A stretch of DNA of 63,252 nucleotides, from the IMG/VR virus record IMGVR_UViG_3300015607_003164. One strand, given 5' to 3'. Shown here piece by piece: positions 37,951-48,300 of this stretch. The notes under the pieces were generated by a model, which saw only the letters and a list, made by a program, of their open reading frames with translations, had not been told where the DNA came from and did no database searches. Position 1 is the first letter of the stretch, and each line of letters opens with the position of its first letter. This stretch comes from an uncultured virus (IMG/VR IMGVR_UViG_3300015607_003164) (lineage: Duplodnaviria; Heunggongvirae; Uroviricota; Caudoviricetes). The translations under genes were made by a program, and so were the position numbers.

Positions 37951-38394
37951 ATGGAAGTGGCAGTATTAGTATTGTCTATTACAATATTAGTTAGTTTAAT
38001 TTTTATAGGTGTTTTATATTCAAAGAATATAAATTTACAGAAAGAATTATCTAAAATGAAATCAGAGGTTGAAAAAGTAAATCAAGCTCAAGAAGAACTT
38101 GTATCTATTGATACAGGTGACAGAGCCATCTTGCCAGATTATGGATTACAACACACAGATACAAAAGAAAGCTTCAGTGTTACTTATGAGATTGAAATAT
38201 TAGAGGTTTCAATTGATAAAGTAAAAGTAAAGGCAATTGATTTTACTTCAACTGATAAATTTGCTAAAGATCCTAAAAACAAATCCGCAATTATTAACTT
38301 CCTACAAGATAAGTGGGTTAATAAAAAAGATATAGAATTAATCGTTGATGATTCAATGAGAAGAGATCGTAAACTTAAACAAATTTTATCATAA
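37951..38394 (+). CDS. Membrane-anchored protein, tag RDRKLKQIL
   Basis: N-terminal TM helix. Confidence 0.8.
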   Translation: MEVAVLVLSITILVSLIFIGVLYSKNINLQKELSKMKSEVEKVNQAQEELVSIDTGDRAILPDYGLQHTDTKESFSVTYEIEILEVSIDKVKVKAIDFTSTDKFAKDPKNKSAIINFLQDKWVNKKDIELIVDDSMRRDRKLKQILS

Positions 38395-38659
38395 TGAGTG
38401 TAGTAGAGTCTTTAATTTCAGAACAAAACCAATATGATTTGTTCTACAATATTTTACTTTCAGTGAAAAGTCAATAAAATGTTCGGTAAAATGGACGAAA
38501 TGGCTGAATCAGGTATTTCAATGCTTGAACCAATCAAAGGATGTTACCAAAGAATCTTAAAGAACATCTTCGCAAGAAATATTCTAAAGAACTATCTGAG
38601 GTAAAAGAAATTATTCACAAACGAAAATACTCAATTAAATAATAACTAAAATAACAAAT

Positions 38660-39430
38660 ATGAATTACGGAACAGAATTTAAAAAGTACGCAACTAAACA
38701 TCTTGGACTAAACGATGGTCTTGTTGATAGTTTTACAAATGGTTTAACACCATACATCTTAGAAGAACGTGAAATGAGAGCAACTCAAATTGACGTATTC
38801 TCACGCTTGATGCGTGACCGTATCATCTGGGTTTCAGGTCCAGTTGATCAACATATGTCTGATATTGTTCAGGCTCAGTTACTCTTCTTGGACTCAACTG
38901 AGAAGAAGGATATCTCACTTTACATTAACTCACCAGGTGGTTCTGTATTATGTGGTTTAGGTATTGTTGATTTGATGAACTATATCAAATCTGACATAGC
39001 AACTATTAACATCGGTATGTGTGCTTCTATGGGTTCTATTCTTCTTTCATCTGGAACTAAAGGTAAGCGTTCATCTTTGATTTATTCAAAGGTAATGACA
39101 CACCAAGTTTCACATGGTACTCAAGGTAACGTACAAGATACTCGTATTAATCAAATGGAAGCTGAAAAGTATAACTACATTCTTTTCAAAATGTTGGCTA
39201 ATAACTGCGGTAAAACATTTGATGAGGTATTGGAGTTTTCTCGTAGAGACCGTTGGTACAACTCAGATGAAGCATTGAAGTTTGGTCTAATCGATGAAGT
39301 AATTGGACTTGATGAAAAATCAAGCAATTCAATCACTTCTATGTTGGATGGATTTGATGAATATTATCAAAAAGAAATACTACAAGTTCCAACAACTGGT
39401 AGTGATTCTAAGAAATCTACAAAGAAGTAA
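38660..39430 (+). CDS. clpP: ATP-dependent Clp protease proteolytic subunit
   Basis: DVFSRLMRDRII, YINSPGGSV, CASMG, MTHQ, RDRW..EALKFGLIDEV. Confidence 0.95.
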   Translation: MNYGTEFKKYATKHLGLNDGLVDSFTNGLTPYILEEREMRATQIDVFSRLMRDRIIWVSGPVDQHMSDIVQAQLLFLDSTEKKDISLYINSPGGSVLCGLGIVDLMNYIKSDIATINIGMCASMGSILLSSGTKGKRSSLIYSKVMTHQVSHGTQGNVQDTRINQMEAEKYNYILFKMLANNCGKTFDEVLEFSRRDRWYNSDEALKFGLIDEVIGLDEKSSNSITSMLDGFDEYYQKEILQVPTTGSDSKKSTKK

Positions 39431-39447
39431 TTCTTTCTGTAAGAATC

Positions 39448-39478
39448 AAAACCCATCAAGTAATTGATGGGTTTTTTT
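39448..39478 (+). terminator. Intrinsic terminator
   Basis: AAAACCCATCAA-GTAA-TTGATGGGTTTTTTT. Confidence 0.85.
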
Positions 39479-39510
39479 GTTTATTGATATTTATTTCTTA
39501 TCTTTGTAAA

Positions 39511-39804
39511 ATGAATATGAATAAGATAGTAATCAATGAACTATTCGAGAAAGGTAAATACTTATCGAATGGTATTGTTATGATCAAATTCTTAGAATCT
39601 AAATCTAATGGTTTTCTTTTTGCTGTTTCTTCTAAGAAATTCAAAAGAGCAGTTGATAGAAACCGTATTAAAAGATTGATGAAAGAATCAGTTAGAAACT
39701 TAAATATCAATAATAAAAATATCGCTTTTGTTTATATCGGTGAAGGTGTTCCAACTTTTGTCGATGTTAATGAGAGTGTTACTAAACTAATTTCTAAACT
39801 ATGA
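39511..39804 (+). CDS. rnpA: Ribonuclease P protein component-like
   Basis: LFEKGK..FAVSSKKFKRAVDRNRIKRLMKES (RNR motif); own promoter at 39499. Confidence 0.85.
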   Translation: MNMNKIVINELFEKGKYLSNGIVMIKFLESKSNGFLFAVSSKKFKRAVDRNRIKRLMKESVRNLNINNKNIAFVYIGEGVPTFVDVNESVTKLISKL

Positions 39805-40463
39805 AGTTAAACTACGATCTAATTAAAAAGAACTTAGCAACTTACGCAGAAGCAAAAGAAGTATTTCCCATTATTTCCGAGTATGAAGTAGGTCAAGTCA
39901 ATTATTCTGTAATGGCTAAGTTAGGACTTGGTGACTTCGCCTTATTTGCCAACTTCTTAGATGCTAATTTCAAATCTGGTTTTAACCCAGTGATGAAAGG
40001 TATGACTTGGCGCAGGTTGAAACATCTTTTAGTTGAACATACTAAAAATGAAAGATTTAAGAAATTTATTTTTAATAGAACTCAACGTCAGTTTAACGAG
40101 ATATTAAATGATGGTTCAGACTTTGATAGATATCTAAACGGTCGATGGATTACTAAACCAGGTACTTCTCGTAGTGGTCGCAGAACACACGGTCGTAGAA
40201 GTCACGAACATATTGAAAGTTTTAGAAGTTGTATAGTTCCAATACTTAACTACATCATTGAAAACAATATTGATGTTTATGATGATTCAAAAGATTATAA
40301 AGAATACTATAACTTTTTCAAGTATCAACAAAATATTGAATCTACTCTTCGTTGGTATATTACAAAAGAATTAGATTTTTCAAATGTACCAAAGCGTGAG
40401 ATTGAAGTTGAAAAGTCTAAGCAAAAGTACCGTAGAAGAAAGAACTTAGATAATATCATCTAA
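39801..40463 (+). CDS. Hypothetical protein, tag RRKNLDNII
   Basis: ORF. Confidence 0.85.
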   Translation: MKLNYDLIKKNLATYAEAKEVFPIISEYEVGQVNYSVMAKLGLGDFALFANFLDANFKSGFNPVMKGMTWRRLKHLLVEHTKNERFKKFIFNRTQRQFNEILNDGSDFDRYLNGRWITKPGTSRSGRRTHGRRSHEHIESFRSCIVPILNYIIENNIDVYDDSKDYKEYYNFFKYQQNIESTLRWYITKELDFSNVPKREIEVEKSKQKYRRRKNLDNII

Positions 40464-40685
40464 GCCAGGTTTATAATCATCAAGCATTTCTTTATAATCT
40501 CTTATAATAGCATCGAAGATAAAGTCTAACATATCTTCTGAACAATCAGAACAACCATCCATTATGCTTAACATCTTTATGTGATTAAGCTCTAATACTT
40601 CTTCATATTTAGTATCTGGGCAGTATATTTGAAACCACTTGAAATGTATTTCAAGTGGTTTCATACAACTTATCAAGTTGTCCAT
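40446..40685 (-). CDS. Hypothetical protein
   Basis: ORF. Confidence 0.7.
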   Translation of the reverse strand: MDNLISCMKPLEIHFKWFQIYCPDTKYEEVLELNHIKMLSIMDGCSDCSEDMLDFIFDAIIRDYKEMLDDYKPGLDDII

Positions 40686-40700
40686 CTGTTAGGTCTTTAC

Positions 40701-41363
40701 TCATATTAGAGATAATTTTCTGATACCTTTTGTGTTGAATAAATATTCAAACTCTATATCATATATATTATCTTTGTTATCTATATAAATATCACTAAGT
40801 ATCACAGCGTTACAGTTTTTAGAGTTTCCTCTCCAAATTGTATCTTTTTCAATGTCGTCTGATGTGAAAATAAAAGTGTTGTCTATTCTACCCTTCAATT
40901 TTATAGTTGAAGCTAAGTCATCTGATAATTCTTGAAATCTATTATATTTTTTAAGACTTTTAAGAATTTTATTTGTTGTTATTACCCAGTCGTAGTTTAT
41001 TATTTCATCTACTACTTTTTTAATATTGGGTTTTATAAATGGTCTTAAAATAAAAAGTTTATAAAACTCTACCTCATCTAAGCAATGGTATTTTTCAAAT
41101 GACTTAATAAACTCTTTGTCTAAATACATTGAAATACCGTATATCAGACCGTGATCTGTTAATTTATTTGTCTTTATAGAAGCTTTTTGTAGTTCGTAAT
41201 TTACGACTTCTGTTATTTTTTCAACCTTATCATGTACTTTTTTTACAGTAGTAAATTCTAATTGTACCGGATTAGTATCCACAAAAATAACATCTCCTAA
41301 GATTTCTCTTTTTGAGATGATAGACTTAGGTAGTATATCATTAATAAAATTAAGGTCAATCAT
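40701..41363 (-). CDS. Hypothetical protein
   Basis: ORF. Confidence 0.8.
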   Translation of the reverse strand: MIDLNFINDILPKSIISKREILGDVIFVDTNPVQLEFTTVKKVHDKVEKITEVVNYELQKASIKTNKLTDHGLIYGISMYLDKEFIKSFEKYHCLDEVEFYKLFILRPFIKPNIKKVVDEIINYDWVITTNKILKSLKKYNRFQELSDDLASTIKLKGRIDNTFIFTSDDIEKDTIWRGNSKNCNAVILSDIYIDNKDNIYDIEFEYLFNTKGIRKLSLI

Positions 41364-41370
41364 AAGTATT

Positions 41371-41964
41371 TTATGAATTAATACTTAATTGTTGGCTTCT
41401 TTGTTTAAACTTTTCTGATATTTTGATGAATGTTTCTTTTGGATATTCACCTTCGTTTGCCATATATTCGGCAGTTAGACCTCTTAAATATGCCTTATCT
41501 TTATCTGTAATTTTATTACAAGATTCATCAACCATAGTCATTAACATTTCTTCGTCTTGACCATAATTGTTATAAAGTGATTGTAACTTATTTCTATGAG
41601 GTATCATTTGGTCTTTAGATTCGGATTCAGATAGTTTTTGTTCAATCTCATCAATTTTACTATCAATTGCTTCCCAATCCTTTATTTGAGATTTAAGAGA
41701 CTCTAATATCTTTTTCTCGTCTTTAGATGACTTGTCTTTAAGCAAATCTAAAAGTGCTTCTAAAAACATTTCTTTACCGGCAATTTTAATATTACCAGCT
41801 CTTAAATATCTATCAACTGGACCATATGTTCTCACAGATAGTAATTGATCCATTAGGTTTAATACTTTACCTTTGAACATTTCTTCTTCGTTGATCTTTA
41901 CATCAACTTTTGGTTGTGTTTCTTCAGAAACTTTGAAGCCTGATATATTGCTAAATTTTTTCAT
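41371..41964 (-). CDS. Hypothetical late protein
   Basis: TAATATATA upstream. Confidence 0.85.
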   Translation of the reverse strand: MKKFSNISGFKVSEETQPKVDVKINEEEMFKGKVLNLMDQLLSVRTYGPVDRYLRAGNIKIAGKEMFLEALLDLLKDKSSKDEKKILESLKSQIKDWEAIDSKIDEIEQKLSESESKDQMIPHRNKLQSLYNNYGQDEEMLMTMVDESCNKITDKDKAYLRGLTAEYMANEGEYPKETFIKISEKFKQRSQQLSINS

Positions 41965-42001
41965 ATTATAATCTCAATTTGTATATTATATATTAAAAAA
42001 C

Positions 42002-42027
42002 AAAACCCATCTTTTTAGATGGGTTTT
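42002..42027 (-). terminator. Intrinsic terminator
   Basis: AAAACCCATCT-TTTT-AGATGGGTTTT. Confidence 0.75.
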
Positions 42028-42035
42028 AATTATTT

Positions 42036-42251
42036 TTAGATTTTAGATTTATACTCTTGAACATCATTTCTGACTTCTTGAGATATTTTCTTTAACTCTT
42101 GCATTGCTCTTCTGATACGAGTCCCTGCTGTTTTGTTTCCTTTAACAAAAAACTTTTCAAAGTCTTCCTTCAAGTTAAAATTCTTACCTTCAATTTCAAA
42201 ATCCTCAGTAAGTAACTTAACTAATTTGTCATATTTGTCTAAGTATTCCAT
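42036..42251 (-). CDS. Histone H1-like (Hc1-type) nucleoid protein
   Basis: KGNKTAGTRIRRAMQELKK. Confidence 0.75.
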   Translation of the reverse strand: MEYLDKYDKLVKLLTEDFEIEGKNFNLKEDFEKFFVKGNKTAGTRIRRAMQELKKISQEVRNDVQEYKSKI

Positions 42252-42308
42252 AAAATTTTTTATTTTTTTATGGTTTATATATTACAAAAGCAATCTTTCT
42301 TTGGATTT

Positions 42309-43433
42309 TTATTGAACATTAAAGTGCTTTCTTAAAATTTCAAATGCCAAATCTCTTTGCTTGTTTATATATCTTGTGGCACCAGACGTTTTAATAATAC
42401 TTAAATTATTCATAACTTTTAAGAAGTCTGTAATATCTTTAGGCATTACAATAATGTCATTTACTTTACACATATCAGCAATTCCTTTATTGGCAGGTAA
42501 TTTCTGATTCATCTTAGCATCTTCAGGGTAAATGATATGTAACATTTGATCATAAAGCATCCACTTTTGAAAACCTGGGTCTTTTTCAAGTTTATCTCTA
42601 AATTCTCTATAAGAACGGAACTTATAATATTCGTTAAAATAAACACCAGCTAAGATAACTAATTCGATTAAAGTTGAGATAAGCACAAAAGCTAATGAGT
42701 TGGTGCTGTTGTCTTTCTTTTTATCTTCACTATCAGCCGAAACTTCAGCTTCGTGTTCTTTAATTTTGTTATCACGTTCTGCTTTTAGATTATTCTCATC
42801 AGTTTCTAATTTAGTTATATCACCTCTGAGAATATTTTTTTCATCTTTAAGGTCTTTAATTCTTTGTTTAGCTGAACGAGTTGGTGGTTGAATAGCTTCA
42901 AGATCTGTTTGTTCTTTATCTTTTGCATCAATCTTATCTTTTGTTGATTTAATCTCAGATTCAACTGCTAAAATTTTGACATCATATACTTTAGTTAAGC
43001 TGTCAGTAAATTGACTAACTACAACTTTAGTATTTTCCTCTATCACTTTTTCTTTTGAAGAGAACTCTTTAGCACCATGTATTGATGCATAGAATGATGT
43101 TGATATTATAGCTAAGCTTAGTATAAAAAGAGGTAAAACTTCTTTTGAAAAAGATTTAATTTTTAGATATTGAATACTAAATTTATCAAAGATGTCTCTT
43201 TTAAGTAGCTCTAAACCTCCTAGTAAAACTACAGAGGCAATAAACACAACTACTTGGTTGTTCTCAATAACACCAGCAAGTACTTTTGACAGTGCAAAGT
43301 AAGCTAAGAAAATAGAAGCAAAGTGTCCAAAAATAGACAAAGCAAACATTAGTGAGTTTATATTTTTATAACCCTGACTAAAGTTTTGTCCATTGATCTT
43401 CTGTTCTAATTTTTTAAATTCATTAATTTTCAT
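42309..43433 (-). CDS. Membrane protein with long coiled coil
   Basis: 3 TM helices, coiled coil, 1 TM helix. Confidence 0.85.
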   Translation of the reverse strand: MKINEFKKLEQKINGQNFSQGYKNINSLMFALSIFGHFASIFLAYFALSKVLAGVIENNQVVVFIASVVLLGGLELLKRDIFDKFSIQYLKIKSFSKEVLPLFILSLAIISTSFYASIHGAKEFSSKEKVIEENTKVVVSQFTDSLTKVYDVKILAVESEIKSTKDKIDAKDKEQTDLEAIQPPTRSAKQRIKDLKDEKNILRGDITKLETDENNLKAERDNKIKEHEAEVSADSEDKKKDNSTNSLAFVLISTLIELVILAGVYFNEYYKFRSYREFRDKLEKDPGFQKWMLYDQMLHIIYPEDAKMNQKLPANKGIADMCKVNDIIVMPKDITDFLKVMNNLSIIKTSGATRYINKQRDLAFEILRKHFNVQ

Positions 43434-43755
43434 CTTGTTTAGTAATAATTTTTCCAGTAAATCTTTCTTTCCAAGAAAGATCTCTGTTCTTTAAACCATT
43501 GATGATATTTTCTTTGATTGATACTTCTCTTTCTAAGTTGGATAACTTACTTTTGGTAAATTCTAGTTCTTCTTCTAAAGATTTAATATCACCTTCAAAC
43601 TTAATTGTCTTTCTTTCTGAACTACCGTGTAGCAATCTATAAAAATATCTCCATTTTACTAGTAGATATTTTAGTTCGCTTGGTGAGTAGTCATCTTCAA
43701 ATTCAGATGTCATCAAGAAATCCAATATTTCATCATCTTTAAGTTCTGATATCAT
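43423..43755 (-). CDS. Coiled-coil hypothetical protein
   Basis: ORF. Confidence 0.8.
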   Translation of the reverse strand: MISELKDDEILDFLMTSEFEDDYSPSELKYLLVKWRYFYRLLHGSSERKTIKFEGDIKSLEEELEFTKSKLSNLEREVSIKENIINGLKNRDLSWKERFTGKIITKQDEN

Positions 43756-43773
43756 ATCGTATATATTAATTTT

Positions 43774-44859
43774 TTACAAGCCAAACTCTCTCTTATTCTT
43801 TGAGTTCTTGTTATTCCTTATTATATCTAAAACTTTAGATTTGTTTTTGAATGATCTGTTATGTCCTAAATACTCAGATAACTCATTTGATTCCTCTATA
43901 GATAAATAATCAAACTCTATTACTTTTAATAAATTGTTTGATTCTAATAAAGAGTGGTCTATTTCGTCTTCATTATCAACATTAAAAATTGCAATTACAT
44001 TTACTTCTGTTGTATCTGATAGGAAACCATCAGTCATCTGTAGTAAGTTATTAACAAATGTATTTGATTTTGTGAAGTATTCATGAAACAACATCTCGCA
44101 GTCATCTATGATTATGATAGGTCTTGTATATCTCTTTATAAACTTTCTAAATTCAGAATTATTAATAGTGTGTTCTATCATATTGTTTGGTATAAAAATA
44201 ACAATTCTATCAAGCTTAGAAGCTAAGTAGTTTATAACTGATGTTTTTCCTAAACCTCTCTCACCGTATAATATACTTAAACCTTTAGTTGATTTTTTTA
44301 TCTCTTTTATTAGTTTTTTTAATTCCTTTGATGTATTTTTTGAATAATACATATCAAAGTTGTCTAAGTCAATAGACGATGTATCTATTGGCTCAAGCTC
44401 TAAGCTATTAGAATTTAGGGTTATAGTATTGATCTTATTATACTCATTCTCTTCGAAATTAACAATACAAGTGTTTAGTTTTTCAACAAGATCTTGTATA
44501 AATTCAAAGTTACTCTCTGATTTATAGTAGAATGTTATTTCGCTTATTATTGAGTTCTCGTGTCTTCTATCAACAACAATGTATGAGCAATAAACATCGT
44601 CGCCTAGTTTAACAAACATTTTATCATTTATTACAAACTCTTCATCTGCTGGTATAACCTCCGTAAAGAAGTTTCTATCAACTATATACTCTGAGCATAC
44701 TTCAGAGAATAACTTTGATGAATATGTATTATGTATGACTATTTTATTAGGTCTGGATTCAAATTGTTCCCAGCAGTAAAGAAAGTCATTTAACTCTGAA
44801 TCGTCTTTATTAATGTTAAGATTTAGAGTGGGTCCTAGATATTTAGATTTATTTTTCAA
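43774..44859 (-). CDS. AAA ATPase
   Basis: GERGLGKT; IIIIDDCE; LLQMTDG. Confidence 0.85.
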   Translation of the reverse strand: MKNKSKYLGPTLNLNINKDDSELNDFLYCWEQFESRPNKIVIHNTYSSKLFSEVCSEYIVDRNFFTEVIPADEEFVINDKMFVKLGDDVYCSYIVVDRRHENSIISEITFYYKSESNFEFIQDLVEKLNTCIVNFEENEYNKINTITLNSNSLELEPIDTSSIDLDNFDMYYSKNTSKELKKLIKEIKKSTKGLSILYGERGLGKTSVINYLASKLDRIVIFIPNNMIEHTINNSEFRKFIKRYTRPIIIIDDCEMLFHEYFTKSNTFVNNLLQMTDGFLSDTTEVNVIAIFNVDNEDEIDHSLLESNNLLKVIEFDYLSIEESNELSEYLGHNRSFKNKSKVLDIIRNNKNSKNKREFGL

Positions 44860-44912
44860 AATTAAAAAAATGATTTTATTTTTTTTATATATAATGTCAT
44901 TAAAAGTTTATT

Positions 44913-45113
44913 ATGAAAGCAGACATTGACTCAATACTTTTGGCAAATTGGTACTTAACTATGTGTAAGTTAAATGGAGGCAACCATCGCTGTTCTAAAA
45001 CCGATGTGGCAAGAAGATATTTAGTAGCTAAAATTAATAAGGCTTTATTTGAAAGAACTAAAAAGTCAGAAGTTCAGTCAAATAAAGCCTTATTTGATTT
45101 AAAGTATAATTAA
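44913..45113 (+). CDS. Hypothetical protein
   Basis: Short ORF. Confidence 0.5.
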   Translation: MKADIDSILLANWYLTMCKLNGGNHRCSKTDVARRYLVAKINKALFERTKKSEVQSNKALFDLKYN

Positions 45114-45322
45114 ATAGAAGGGCCTTCTAAAGTTGTATCAATTGCTGGACCTTCAATCGGAGTGATTGTTGGATTATTCTCAAACATTCCTTTTTCTTGC
45201 TCTTGCTTAATCAAATTCATAATGAATTCTCTTTGCATCTTTTCAACTTTCGCCTTTTGTTGTTTTAACTTGGCATTTCTTGCTTGAACTTTTCTACGAT
45301 GTTCTTTTGCTGCTTTTCCCAT
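45110..45322 (-). CDS. Basic hypothetical protein
   Basis: ORF after AAAC-N18-TATAA. Confidence 0.75.
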   Translation of the reverse strand: MGKAAKEHRRKVQARNAKLKQQKAKVEKMQREFIMNLIKQEQEKGMFENNPTITPIEGPAIDTTLEGPSI

Positions 45323-45375
45323 TTTTAATGTTTTTATTATTTTTAGTTATATTTAGAAGCACATAAAAGGTTTAA

Positions 45376-48300
45376 TTAGAATTTAAAATCATAACCTATA
45401 TCTTCATGTTTTTTAATATATGCCTGAAGTTCCTCATAGTTTAGACCTTTTACAACTGTTCCGTCATCTAATGTTATATCATATACGAATCCGTCATCTG
45501 CTGGTAAATCATTTGGTAAATTACCAACTTTGTCGTCTAGGTTACTATCTTTCTTTAAGTCATTTGATATTTTAATAGCATCATTAACATCTGGGTCAGC
45601 AGACTTGCTACAAAGTTTTATATGTGGTGCTGGTATCAAAGGCTCAATTCCTAACGTCGACCATATAAAATCAATTATACCGTTTATTATTTTCTCAAAC
45701 AAACAAAGCATTGGTAAGACTAACTTTATAGGTCTTCCGCACATCTCTCTGTGCATTCTTGCTGTGTATATTGGAAGTTTAGGCATAAATGGCATACTGA
45801 GTATCTGATCCCAATCTACTATTTCATAATCATCTGGTATAAGGTATCTGCCTTTTGGTAAAGCATCTTTATAATACTTTAGTTCAGGTAGATTTGTACC
45901 TACTGGTATCTCCGGCGTTTTGTTAGGTGGTTTTACATTTGGTATATTAACTAAACCACACCATTTTAGTATTTCTTCAGGTTTGAATTTAACGCCTGCT
46001 AGTTCTAAAATTCCCAATGGTGTAAAAAACTTCATAATCCAGCTAAATGATAAAAGCTCAACAATCTTTGAAGGTAGAGTTAAAGGATTGGTTAAACTCT
46101 TGAAGAAATTCATTAACCACTCAATTATACCACCAACAATCTTTATTGGTAAAGTTACAAGACCTAACAACATTTTAAGCAAGGGTTGTGTATTATCATT
46201 TAATCCTCTAATTTTATTTTTCAGCTTTTTAAGCATATCTTTAATTGCTGAGTTATTAGGGTCTTTTTTAAGTTCATTATTTAAGTCTTCTAATGCTTTT
46301 TGTGCTTCAGTAGGATCAACCGACTCATTGTTTGTATCGACAATTTTTTGAGCATTATTTAGTATATTTTCGGTATCTTGGTTTATATAGATGTAGTTGT
46401 AATTAACACCGTTTATAAACGTACCTGTTGAATACTTAATGTCTAATATTTCACCCGCATTAGGATCATTGTATTCCTTTGGCATTTTTGCTTTTTTGTA
46501 AATAGGATCATCTTTAAATGATTTAAGATCTGATAAACTAAGACCAGATGCCTTACCATCACTACCAGCACCTTTGAAGCTTTTTAGACTTGGCTTTAAA
46601 AAGTCTTGCATATTCTTTACCTTAGCACTTGGTAAATTTGATTTAAGAACCAAATTAATAGGAGAGCTTGGTATCTTATCAAGGTTAATTTCCATTCCAA
46701 ATGGTATTTGAAGACCAAATATAGAAAACGGTATCATCGCTAAACCATCTAATAAGAATTTATAATCACCTTTTTTATTAACAAAAACATGATTTGATAT
46801 TGGCGAATTCTTGAATATATCTTTAATTTGCTTCTCTCTTTCTGATGGTTTAACATTTTTTAACTCATTGCTTTTCTTCTTTGCGTCCTCAAAGGCTTTA
46901 AACGATTCTTTAGAGAATATTGAAAAGCCTTCTCCCATTTTCTCCTTTAATATCTCTGTTACAAAACTTGCCGGGTTTTTAAATAGTGCTATAATTTTTG
47001 CCATTAGAGGTATCATCTTAGTAACAATATCAACCAATAAAGATAAAAATACTTTAATGGCTCCTATAGCATGTGGTAATTTGTAATAACCACCACCATC
47101 GCCAGCTGGAGCACCACCGGTTTCTGTTTGTTTATTTTTGTCAGTTAATACACCTTCTATAATATAATAAGACTCTGTATCAAGGTCCGTTAGCATATAT
47201 CTTTTTATAACTCCAATTTCTTGAGGATCTTCTTTTGATCCGTGTCCATATTTTCCCTTTGAATATAATTCATTGGTAGATAAAACTTGATTAGCAACTC
47301 TACTTGGATCAATTATCTTACCATAAGGAAATCCATCACCTGATACTTTAATGCTGTATTGATTGATGTTAGATTCTTGTCTTGAGACCTGTAGGTTTTT
47401 ATAAGTTGTTTCTGGATCTGAATCATGATTAATAGTTATCTTATATTCTTTACCAAATGGTGGAAGAGAAAACTGAGTAATATTTGTCGGATTTGTCGGT
47501 ATTGAATTAGGCCCTAATAATATATGGTTGTTAATATAATACCATCTTATTATCTCTTCATTCTTTAGATAGACTTTTGTACCAAACGAATCATTAAGTT
47601 GAGTAATACCATTTGGTAGTGGCACAGATATTCTTTTATTAAATAAATCACTTAACTTAAATAAAAATGTGTATTCAAAGTTAAGTATCTCGTCTATTAA
47701 TTTATAGAATAAAGTATCACCGGTTGAAACGGTATCAATAACTTTTTTTATAAGTTCATCTATTCTAAGTTGGAAATTATAATTAACACTATTATATGTA
47801 AAACTTAAAGTTTTTTTAGTATTGATATCAACTAGTCCTTTATTTGAGTAATCAAAAAATCTTTTTAAGCTATTAAAAAATTTATTCCAGTCATATGAGT
47901 CAAAGTTAGTAGGTAGTAGTTCTGCTAAAACTTTCTTTAATTTATATTTTATAGAAAAACTTGCGTTTTTATCCTTTTCAAATGTCTCAAATAATGACTT
48001 TATATTAGCAGGTCCATATATACCAACCAAAGATCTAACTCTTAAAGGTTCAAGATTAACAACATATTTATATCTCTTATAATATCTTCTACCACTTAAA
48101 TATTCTAAATCATAAACAAAGAATTCATTATTTACTGAAGCGAGTAAAACACTTATATCTATTGGTAACAAATCGTTGTATATTCTTATATTTGATGTTG
48201 TTTTATGATAAGTTCTTGTTGGATACTTTGACCAAACACTTATTTTATAAGTATTACCATTTTGTATTCTTTGTTGTGGTGTTAAAGTTACATCTGGGTT

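Noticed and set aside
38395..38643. Possible gene between 37951 and clpP
   Set aside because: Broken into short frames; looks like a decayed or mis-assembled gene and cannot be called.
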